Assembly (NCBI GenBank): GCA_963827275.1
Contig: CAWHAA010000005.1
Coordinates: 352,001 to 416,000, forward strand
Direction of reading: 5' to 3'
Origin: an uncultured Spirochaetota bacterium
GTDB taxonomy: Bacteria; Spirochaetota; UBA4802; UBA5550
Length of the DNA stretch: 64,000 bases
The position numbers and the translations under genes are program-made. Below the pieces are notes generated by a model. That model was not told the DNA's origin. It searched no databases and saw only the letters and a program-made list of their open reading frames with translations. This document shows, one piece after another, positions 10,302 through 18,979 of this stretch. Position 1 is the first letter of the stretch, and each line of letters starts with the position of its first letter.

Positions 10302-11369
10302 TTAATGTACAATAGTATCGTGCAGTGCGCTTTCAAAGCAATGCACCGCTGTCGCCTTGAATGATATGTACACATCCTGGCCGGTCCTGATATCCAGCTC
10401 GACCAGCGCGCTCCTGGTAATGAGCGACCTGAATACCGTCTCCCCGGCCTGCACGTCCACCTCGAACGTATACCCCTTGTCGAGCACCGCCCGCACTTTC
10501 CCGCCGAATGAATTCCTGATGCTCGAATCAAGCTTCGATCTGCTGAGTATGATGTCTTCCGGACGTATGGCGATATAGCCGCGGCCGGAGCCGGGTTCGT
10601 TCCCGACGCGCACCGTGACGCCGTTCACCTGCGCGTGGAGGCCGCTGAAGTTCGCAGGATAAATGTTCTTTACCCCGACGAACTGCGCCACAAAGGGTGA
10701 GCGCGGCTTCTTGAAGATATCGATCAGGCTCCCCTCCTGCTCGATCCTTCCGTTCTGTAAGATTGCCGCGCGATCTCCCAGGGAGAGGGCCTCGGAAAAA
10801 CTGTGCGTGACCATGATAAAGGTGATTCCCGACGTCTGCTGGAGCGTCTTCAGCAGCTGCTGCAGCTCGGAGCGGAACGCCTGGTCGATGGCCGAAAACG
10901 GCTCGTCCAGCAACAGGACGCGCGGCCCGGTGATGAGCGCGCGGGCGAGCGCGGCCCGCTGGACCTCGCCGCCGCTCAGTGTCTCCGGCCGGCGCTTCAG
11001 GATATGGCCTATTTTCAGCAAATCAACGAGCTCGTTGAATCGATCGCCGGATTTCGCTTCGTGCTTGTATCGATAGCGCAGACCGTACCGGATGTTGTCC
11101 GCCACGTTCAGGTGCGGAAAAAGACAGCTGTCCTGGTACACGATGCAGATGCCCCGCTTTTCCGGAGGAAGATTGGTCACATCAAGCCCGTTGATCATCA
11201 CCGATCCGGACGAGACCGTCTCTATCCCGGCGATGGCCTCGAGGAGAACGGTCTTCCCCGACCCGGTCGGGCCCAGGAGCACGAAAAACTGGTTTTCCGG
11301 GATGCCGAGATTTATATCAGACAGCGAAAAACAGGGCAGATCGACGTTGAGGCCGGTAATTTTGATCAT
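10302..11369 (-). CDS. wtpC: Tungstate/molybdate ABC transporter ATP-binding protein
   Basis: GPTGSGKT, LSGGE, LLLDEP and C-terminal TOBE domain; ATGA overlap with the permease stop. Confidence 0.85.
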   Translation of the reverse strand: MIKITGLNVDLPCFSLSDINLGIPENQFFVLLGPTGSGKTVLLEAIAGIETVSSGSVMINGLDVTNLPPEKRGICIVYQDSCLFPHLNVADNIRYGLRYRYKHEAKSGDRFNELVDLLKIGHILKRRPETLSGGEVQRAALARALITGPRVLLLDEPFSAIDQAFRSELQQLLKTLQQTSGITFIMVTHSFSEALSLGDRAAILQNGRIEQEGSLIDIFKKPRSPFVAQFVGVKNIYPANFSGLHAQVNGVTVRVGNEPGSGRGYIAIRPEDIILSRSKLDSSIRNSFGGKVRAVLDKGYTFEVDVQAGETVFRSLITRSALVELDIRTGQDVYISFKATAVHCFESALHDTIVH

Positions 11370-12163
11370 GTCTTCCATTTCCTCTGAAGCGTGAGAATCC
11401 TCATGATGATGAACAACACGAGGGAGAGGACGACGAGCAGCATGCTCACCGGCAGGGCGCTGTCCAGACCGTATGATTCGAACCGCTCGAATATGAGCAC
11501 CGGCGCGTTCATCGGGTGGTACGCTATGATTATCACGGCGCCGAACTCGCTGATGGCCCGCGCCGCGCACATGATGAACCCGGCAAGTATGCTCCGGGCC
11601 GCGAGAGGGAACGTGATCCTGAAAAAGGTCTGTGAAACCGAGGCCCCCAGGCTGCGCGATACGCTTTCCAGCCTCGGCGGTATCGCTTCAAATCCGCTTT
11701 TAACGGCGCTGATATAAAAGGGAAGCCCGACGAAGGTGAGTACCGTGATAATCCCTGTAACACTGCCCATGATCTGTATACCCAGGTCCGACATTGCCCG
11801 GCCTATCCAGTGTCCCCTTCCCGCTATGCTTAAGATGGCGATCCCCACTACCGGGTGCGGTATCACGATCGGGAGCTCTATTATGCTCTCCACGATCCGC
11901 TTTCCCTTGAAACTGCTCCTGGCGAGCAGATACGCGAACGGCGTTCCTATGATGAAAGAAATGGCGGCCGCCGCAAGGGAAGTTGCCATGCTGAGCCGGA
12001 TAGCGCGCACAACATCAGCGTCAAGGATGGCGTTCCGTATCGAATCGGCGGAGGGCCTGACCATCAGATGGATTATGGGTACAAGGATGAACGAGAGCAC
12101 GACGGTCCCCGAGACCAGGCATATTCCCAAAAATACTTTGCTCTTTCTAATTCGCAGGTCCAT
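11366..12163 (-). CDS. wtpB: Tungstate/molybdate ABC transporter permease
   Basis: ELPIVIPHPVVGIA, SRSLGAS (EAA loop), ARAISEFGA. Confidence 0.85.
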   Translation of the reverse strand: MDLRIRKSKVFLGICLVSGTVVLSFILVPIIHLMVRPSADSIRNAILDADVVRAIRLSMATSLAAAAISFIIGTPFAYLLARSSFKGKRIVESIIELPIVIPHPVVGIAILSIAGRGHWIGRAMSDLGIQIMGSVTGIITVLTFVGLPFYISAVKSGFEAIPPRLESVSRSLGASVSQTFFRITFPLAARSILAGFIMCAARAISEFGAVIIIAYHPMNAPVLIFERFESYGLDSALPVSMLLVVLSLVLFIIMRILTLQRKWKT

Positions 12164-13137
12164 CAGTCATCTGTCGAAATATACTTTTGAAGTTCGGCGG
12201 GGACGAGCTTTTTCATGCCGGCATCACGCACCCGGGACGGGATGATGGGCGGCTGCCCTTGCTTTTTAAAGATTGCCAGGCCTTTCTCCGGATCAAGCAT
12301 GTACGCAAGGAACCTGACAGCCGCCTTTCGGTTCGGGCTGCTTTTCAAGAGGGCGACCCCATACGTGCACGACTCGCCCTTCATGTCAATCCATGAGCCT
12401 TTTTTTTCGCCTGCCACTCTCACTTTCGCCTTTGCATAGTTTCCGTCGAAATGGCGGTTGCCGAGGTTGATCTCCTCCGGCAGCGATACGTATTTCAAAC
12501 CGTGCTGGATGGCGACTGACCGGTATTCCCATGCGTAATCAAGATTTTCCGTCTGCAGAAGCGAAAGCAGATCGACCGATTTAGGCCGTATGTTTTCAAC
12601 GGGTCTGTTTGCCAGGACGCCTGCGTACAGCCCGGGCATGTTGTAATATTTTTCAGCAAGCTGGACCACCATGAGGGCCCGGTAACCGCAGGGATCGAGG
12701 TTCGGGTCCGAGTGGCCCCATCTGACGCCCTTTTTCTTCAGGATATTAAACCAGTTTTTGTCACTTATCTCACGGGCAAATTTGCTTTTTTCCGTATAGC
12801 ACAGGACAAGCTGGTTGCTTGCGAATGTAATGTTCCAGTCGGCGTATGATGGAACAAGATAATTATCTATGACGTTATCATCCGCGGACGCAATAATATC
12901 GCAGGGCTTTTTTAGATCTGTTATTTTTCTCGCTGCCTGTATGCTACCGCTCGCTTCAAGAAGAACCTTTATATCTTTATTATTTTCCTCAAAGTCCTTC
13001 TTCATTGCGGCAAAGGGAACTGACAGGCTGCCTGCGTGGAAAATAATCAGGTTTTTTGATTCATTTGGATTACTGCAGTACGTAATGATTATTGTTGAAA
13101 CAATAATCATTTTCGATAAAATGGGTTTTATCTTCAT
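12163..13137 (-). CDS. wtpA: Tungstate-binding (lipo)protein of ABC transporter
   Basis: [36 protein letters not shown]; signal with Cys (ITYC). Confidence 0.85.
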   Translation of the reverse strand: MKIKPILSKMIIVSTIIITYCSNPNESKNLIIFHAGSLSVPFAAMKKDFEENNKDIKVLLEASGSIQAARKITDLKKPCDIIASADDNVIDNYLVPSYADWNITFASNQLVLCYTEKSKFAREISDKNWFNILKKKGVRWGHSDPNLDPCGYRALMVVQLAEKYYNMPGLYAGVLANRPVENIRPKSVDLLSLLQTENLDYAWEYRSVAIQHGLKYVSLPEEINLGNRHFDGNYAKAKVRVAGEKKGSWIDMKGESCTYGVALLKSSPNRKAAVRFLAYMLDPEKGLAIFKKQGQPPIIPSRVRDAGMKKLVPAELQKYISTDD

Positions 13138-13168
13138 CCACAACCGCCATATCATCAATAATCATAGC

Positions 13169-13188
13169 ATATGCTTAATTTAGCATAT
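13169..13188. promoter_or_regulatory. Palindromic operator ATATGCT-N6-AGCATAT upstream of wtpA
   Basis: Perfect 7-6-7 inverted repeat about 30 bp upstream of the wtpA start; similar boxes upstream of two FDH operons. Confidence 0.65.
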
Positions 13189-13285
13189 ATTGTGTCAACA
13201 AAATTATCATTTTTTATTATTTTTTGTAATTTTTTAAGATTATTTAAGATATTTTTTTATTTTAATTTTAAAATGAATTGCAACA

Positions 13286-13403
13286 ATATGCTATTTTAAA
13301 CAGATCATTTCCATTAATATTGCTGGTTAAAATAAACATATTATATTTTTTGATTATAAAAAAAATACTATTGACTTTTAATAGCTAAAAACAGTATCAC
13401 AAT
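13286..13403 (+). promoter_or_regulatory. Double-box operator plus sigma70-like promoter of the nuoEF-fdhF operon
   Basis: ATATGCT-N6-AACAGAT (13286), GCTGGTT-N6-AACATAT (13322), TTGACT (13371). Confidence 0.65.
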
Positions 13404-13710
13404 TTTCGGTATGACAAAAGTAACCACCGTTTAAAACCCATTAATACCGACAGCAAGTGTATTCTCAAAAAATCAGAGAAAGCATCTTTCTCAACTGCTG
13501 AATCCGGGTTCGTATATTATTAGTGGGTGTTTTAGGGCGCGGTAGTATATATACTACTGCACCGGTGTGTTCCCGTCACTACTATATCAGCGTCGCATAC
13601 GGGTCTGCCGCATAAATAACCCGGGCTAAGAATGTGTGGAGAATTAAGCAATATTACAAAGCAAGGACATGAAGCGACACGCGGATAGATTGTATAAACA
13701 AGGTGGTAAT

Positions 13711-15432
13711 ATGAAAAAAAACGAGAATGCCGACATCAAAAAAATAATCGAGGGGTATCCAAAAAAGGAATCAGCCATATTGCCGGTGCTGCAGTATTTG
13801 CAAAAGAAAAACCACAACGCTCTCAATGATGGGTCAATCGATACTGCGGCCAGGGCGGTTGGAATCAGCAAAAGCAAAGCATATGGCATCGCAACCTACT
13901 ATACCATGTTCAACACGAAACCGGTGGGCAAATACCACCTCCAGGTGGATACCTGCGTTCCCGGTTTTCTGCACGGGGCGGACGAGATAGTTGCACATCT
14001 CATTAAAAAGCTCGGCATAGGTGTCGGCGAAACCACCGATGACGGGATGTTTACCCTTTCAACGGTCCAGGACCTCGCCTCCTGCGCCACCGGACCGGTC
14101 ATCCAGGTAAACGATCGTTATTATGAAAATATGACCACAGAAAAAACCGACGCGCTGATCAAGGCCCTGAAGAAAGACCAGGTGCCTGCAAACGATACCA
14201 CGATGAATGTCGTTTCCGAATGCGGAATACTGCTAAATGACCGTTCGAAAAAAGACTGCCGTTCGCTCTCCGCATATAAAAAAAGCGGCGGCTATACGGC
14301 GCTGAAGAAAGCGCTTTCGATGAAGCCGGAGGATATCATTAACGAAGTAAAAGAGTCGAAAATCCGGGGACGGGGCGGCGCAGGGTTCCCGGCCGGTATG
14401 AAATGGTCATTCCTTCCCCAAAACGATCCGAGACCCTCATACCTTATATGCAACGCGGATGAGGGTGAACCAGGCACCTTTAAAGACAGGCAGATAATGG
14501 AATTCAACCCGCATCTGTGTATCGAGGGTATTGCCATCAGCGCCTTCGCGATAAAAGCGAAAACCGCGTTCATCTATATCCGCGGGGAATTCTCCTGGAT
14601 CGCCGATATTCTTGAAACTGCCATCGATGAAGCCAGAACGGACGGGCAACTGGACCATGTCGCCATCATTGTTCACCGGGGCGCAGGATCGTATGTCTGC
14701 GGCGACGAAACGGCCCAGATAGAGTCCATTGAGGGAAATCGGGGTAACCCGCGGGTAAAGCCGCCCTTCCCCGCCAATCATGGCCTATACGGCTGTCCCA
14801 CGGTAGTCAACAACGTGGAAACACTTTCCTCCATTCCATATATCATCGGGAACGGGGCCGCCGCTTTTCTTAAGATCGGAGTCCCGGACAACAACGGTCC
14901 CAAGATATTCGGCGTTTCCGGCCATGTGAATAAACCCGGAGTATTTGAATACCCGCTCGGAACCCCGCTGAAGACAATACTCAAGGCGGCGGGGGGCGTA
15001 AAGGGGAAGCTCAAAGGAGTGATAGTCGGCGGGTTGTCAACGGCCATCCTTACCGCAAACGAAGCAAAAGACCTGGCGCTTGGCTATGATTCATGCCAGA
15101 AGGCCGGGACCGCGCTCGGATCGGGCGGCATCATGGTCATCAATGACACGGTATCAATACCTGAACTCGCGCTGCGCACCATTGAATTCTATCAACATGA
15201 ATCCTGCGGGCAGTGCGTTCCCTGCAGGGAGGGATCGCTCGTTATCAAGGATAAACTCAAATCGCTTCTGAGGGGAACCGGCAAAAACGCGGATATTGAC
15301 CTGATTCTTCATCTATGTAAAAACATCAGAGGCCTCACCCTCTGCCCGACAGGCGAAGCTTTTTCAGTGCCGATCCAGGCAATGGTAAGCAAGTTTCGGC
15401 CGGAATTCGAAGCGCTGGTAAAACTGCCGTAG
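13711..15432 (+). CDS. Fused NuoE-NuoF-like NAD(H)/FMN diaphorase subunit of a cytoplasmic FDH
   Basis: N-terminal ATYYTMF thioredoxin-like NuoE domain; GRGGAGFP, NADEGEPGTFKDR, ESCGQCVPCREG...LCPTG. Confidence 0.9.
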   Translation: MKKNENADIKKIIEGYPKKESAILPVLQYLQKKNHNALNDGSIDTAARAVGISKSKAYGIATYYTMFNTKPVGKYHLQVDTCVPGFLHGADEIVAHLIKKLGIGVGETTDDGMFTLSTVQDLASCATGPVIQVNDRYYENMTTEKTDALIKALKKDQVPANDTTMNVVSECGILLNDRSKKDCRSLSAYKKSGGYTALKKALSMKPEDIINEVKESKIRGRGGAGFPAGMKWSFLPQNDPRPSYLICNADEGEPGTFKDRQIMEFNPHLCIEGIAISAFAIKAKTAFIYIRGEFSWIADILETAIDEARTDGQLDHVAIIVHRGAGSYVCGDETAQIESIEGNRGNPRVKPPFPANHGLYGCPTVVNNVETLSSIPYIIGNGAAAFLKIGVPDNNGPKIFGVSGHVNKPGVFEYPLGTPLKTILKAAGGVKGKLKGVIVGGLSTAILTANEAKDLALGYDSCQKAGTALGSGGIMVINDTVSIPELALRTIEFYQHESCGQCVPCREGSLVIKDKLKSLLRGTGKNADIDLILHLCKNIRGLTLCPTGEAFSVPIQAMVSKFRPEFEALVKLP

Positions 15433-15458
15433 CGAATAAATTATCTGGAGACTTTTTC

Positions 15459-15830
15459 ATGGCAAATAAAAAAAACATTTTAATCATTGATGACGATCCG
15501 GACATTCTTGACTCGATACAGGTTATTCTTGAAAAGAACGGCTATGCAACCACGACCGCCAAGAGCGGTAAAGACGGCATTGAGGCGGCCGTAAAAAGCA
15601 AACCGGACCTTATCCTCTGTGACATGATGATGGAAACGATCGATTCCGGTGCCAGGGCCGCCCAGGAGATAAAAAAAAGCGTGCCGGGCATTCCCATACT
15701 TCTTATGAGCAGCATCGGCAGCGCCACCGCTTCCAATGTTGAAATTGACAAGCTCGGCTTTAACGGCTTTCTCCAGAAGCCAGTCGAACCCGATGGCCTG
15801 GTAACAATAGTAAAGAACGCATTGAGATGA
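15459..15830 (+). CDS. Stand-alone response regulator receiver (CheY-like)
   Basis: IIDDD, PDLILCDMMM, conserved KP. Confidence 0.9.
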   Translation: MANKKNILIIDDDPDILDSIQVILEKNGYATTTAKSGKDGIEAAVKSKPDLILCDMMMETIDSGARAAQEIKKSVPGIPILLMSSIGSATASNVEIDKLGFNGFLQKPVEPDGLVTIVKNALR

Positions 15831-15977
15831 TCGGCGCATGCAACAATCATAAATAGAGGCCATCAATCCGTCTGATCGGTGATCCGCACACAAAGCCGGC
15901 AGAGACACTGGCAACACGGTTCAGTCAGGAAAACCGGGTCCCGGTATAATGAGAATATACGAAGAGGAGATTTTGTA

Positions 15978-18684
15978 ATGAGTAAAAATATTTTTATCGA
16001 CGACAAGGAGATCAGTTGTGACGACAACAAGACCGTTCTCCAGATAGCCAGAGAAAACGGATACTATATCCCTTCGTTGTGCTATCACCCAAAATTGGGG
16101 CCGGCGAGCATGTGCCGCGTCTGCGTGGTCGAAGTTGATGGAATGCGCGGCCTTCAGACCGCATGCTCACTCAAGCCGACCGAAGGCATGCACGTACGTA
16201 CTGAAACCCCGCGCGTCATCGAGGCCCGGAAGATGGTGGTCAATCTTCTTCTCGCAAACGGCAACCACAACTGCATCTCGTGCGAAGTAAACGGGGCCTG
16301 CGAGCTTCAGGAAGCGGCGTACCGGCTTGGCATCGAAGTCCCGGCTTTTCTTGTGGAAGAGACCGAGGCGCAGGACGACTCAGCGGCCTTCATCATGCGC
16401 GACCCAAATAAATGCATCCAGTGCGGACGCTGTATCGAGGGATGCAACCGTCTGGTCGTGAATGAGGTCCTCGATTTTGGACTGCGCGGCAGACCATACC
16501 AGGTCATCTGCGATGACGACGCGCCGATGGGAAAATCATCATGCGTGCAGTGCGGTGAATGCGTTCAGCTCTGCCCGGTCGGCGCCCTTATCGAAAAAAA
16601 GGGTATCGGCAGGGCGCGCGCGTGGGAAACAAAGACCGTCAGGACAACCTGTCCCTACTGCGGCGTCGGATGCCAGCTTGAACTTCATGTGAAAGGCGAC
16701 CAGATCATCCGCATTACCGGCGTTGACGGCGCACAACCGAACCAGGGGCATCTCTGCGTCAAGGGACGTTACGGGTATGATTTCATCTATTCAAAAGACA
16801 GACTGACATCCCCTCTTATTAAAAGGCGCTGACGGGAAATTCCGCGAAGCGGGCTGGGATGAAGCACTTGACCTGGTGGCAAATAAATTCAAGCAGATAA
16901 TAAAAGAATCCGGGCCGGATGCCATTGCCGGCGTAAGCTGCGCCAGGAGCGTCAACGAAGACTCATACCATATGCAGAAACTTTTCAGGGCAGTAATCGG
17001 AACCAACAATATCGATCACTGCGCCCGAACTTGACACGCTCCTACTGTTGCCGGTCTGGCAACCACGTTCGGTTCAGGCGCAATGACAAACTCGTTCGGT
17101 GAATTGGAAAACGCGAAGCTCATTTTCTGCATCGGAACAAACATGACGGAAGCTCACCCCGTGGCGTCATACTTCGTAAAACGCGCAGTAAAAAAGGGCG
17201 CGGTGCTGATAGTGGCTGACCCGCGCAAACAGCCGCTCGCCGACAGAGCCAATATCTTCGCCCAGATCAAGGTCGGTTCTGACGTCGCTTTTCTTAACGG
17301 GATTATGCATGTTCTTATCACCGAGGATCTGTACGATAAAAAATTCGTTGAAGAAAACTGTGAGGATTTCGAGGACCTGAAAGCAAAAGTCATGGAGTAC
17401 CCCGTTGACAGGGCCTCAACAATATCCGGCGTCCCCGCTGACACGATTGTAGAAATTGCACGCACCATGGCATCGGTAAAACCCGGCATGCTCTGCTATA
17501 CGCTCGGCATCACCGAGCACACCTGCGGCAAGAATAACGTCATGTCAACCTCCAATCTCCAGATGCTCCTCGGCAACATGGGTATGGAATGCGGCGGCGT
17601 AAACCCGCTCCGCGGGCAGAACAATGTCCAGGGCGCCTGCGATATGGGAGCGCTCCCCGGAGTGTTCCCCGGGTACCAGAGCGTCACAGATGCTGCGTTG
17701 AGGGAAAAATTCATGAAGGCGTGGAACGTCGCGTCCCTCCCTGAAAAGCCCGGACTTATGATCCCGGACATGATGGCGGGCCTGCCCGCAAAAAAAATCA
17801 GGGCGTTCTACATATTCGGTGAAAACCTCGCGAATACGGAGCCGAATATCACCCACGTCGAGCACGAGCTTGCCTCTGCGGAATTCATCGTGTGCAACGA
17901 CATCTTCCCGACCGAGACGACCAGGTTCGCGAATGTGGTGTTTCCCGCCGCGGCCTGGTGCGAAGATGAAGGGACATTCACCAGCAGCGAGCGCAGGGTG
18001 AACCGTGTCCGGAAAATTAAGGACGCCCCGGGAATGTCGAAACCCAACTGGTGGATTTTCAAAGAAATCGCAAAAAGAATGGGGCATGAGTGGACATCAA
18101 ACAGTTCACAGGAAATATGGGACAATGAAGTTTCTGTTCTCGCACCGGCCTATGGCGGCATCAAGTATACCCGCATTGACAATGACGGCCTCAATTGTAA
18201 TGACGGCTTGCAGTGGCCATGTCCCAACACCGAGCACCCGGGAACGAAATTCCTTCACCGAGACGGCAAGTTCAGCAGGGGCAAGGGTCTTTTCAAGGGA
18301 ATAGAATGGACCCCGCCGGCGGAGGTCGCGGACGGGGAGTATCCCTTTGTACTCAGCACGGGAAGGAGATTGTTCCATTATCATTCGCGTACGCAGACGG
18401 GACGCGCCGGCCTCGATACAATACTGCCGGAGGAAACGGCGGACATATCACCTGAAGACGCGGCCAGGTTGGGCATACAGCACAACCAGTACGTAAAGGT
18501 CACCTCGCGGCGCGGCTCCGTTACAGTGAGGGCAAAAGTAACAGAGCAGATCCCTCAAGGTCTCGTATGGATGGCCTTCCATTTCCGGGAGGGAAATGCG
18601 AACTGGCTGACGAATAATGTGTTCGATCCTGAAACAAAGACCGCAGAGTACAAAGCATGCGCCGTTAAACTGGAGAAGGCGTAA
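15978..18684 (+). CDS. fdhF: Selenocysteine-containing cytoplasmic formate dehydrogenase alpha (NuoG-like Fe-S domains + FdhF); Sec UGA at 17032-17034; apparent +1 frameshift in the A-run at 16821-16824
   Basis: PSLCYH...CRVC...TAC, HNCISC...C, CIQCGRC, CVQCGEC, CPYCGVGC; IDHCART-UGA-HAPTVAGL; PLRGQNNVQG; EYKACAV. Confidence 0.92.
17047..17063 (+). promoter_or_regulatory. Bacterial SECIS hairpin (FDH1)
   Basis: GTTGCC-GGTCT-GGCAAC 12 nt after the in-frame TGA. Confidence 0.8.
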
Positions 18685-18734
18685 CAAGGTTTTGGATTCA
18701 GTTTAATTACGGTTATTAGAAAAGTAAATATATG

Positions 18735-18774
18735 AAAAGACGCCTGATTGTTGTAGATCGGGCGTCTTTTTTTT
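18735..18774 (+). terminator. Rho-independent terminator
   Basis: AAAAGACGCCTGAT...ATCGGGCGTCTTTT followed by a T-tract. Confidence 0.85.
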
Positions 18775-18815
18775 AGTGCAAGATATTGGTATGTTTTCCT
18801 CAGACCACTATCGCA

Positions 18816-18930
18816 ATATGTTATTATTAACAGAACAATTTAACAATAATGACTTGTTAAAATTAACATATATCAATAATTGACTATTAAAAAATTAATA
18901 TTGACAGTAACCCTTTTCACGATTTTCTTT
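18816..18930 (+). promoter_or_regulatory. Double-box operator plus -35 element of the periplasmic fdhAB operon
   Basis: ATATGTT-N6-AACAGAA (18816), ACTTGTT-N6-AACATAT (18852), TTGACA (18901); same spacing as the 13286 region. Confidence 0.65.
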
Positions 18931-18979
18931 GTAATTAATTATTTAATTAAGCACATAATGTTTTCAGGAGGACTTCTCA

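Noticed and set aside
16821..16832. Programmed frameshift or separate genes for the NuoG-like and FdhF parts of FDH1
   Set aside because: Removing one A from the 4-A run gives a continuous LIKGADGKFREAGWDEAL, a typical FdhF sequence; most likely a homopolymer error
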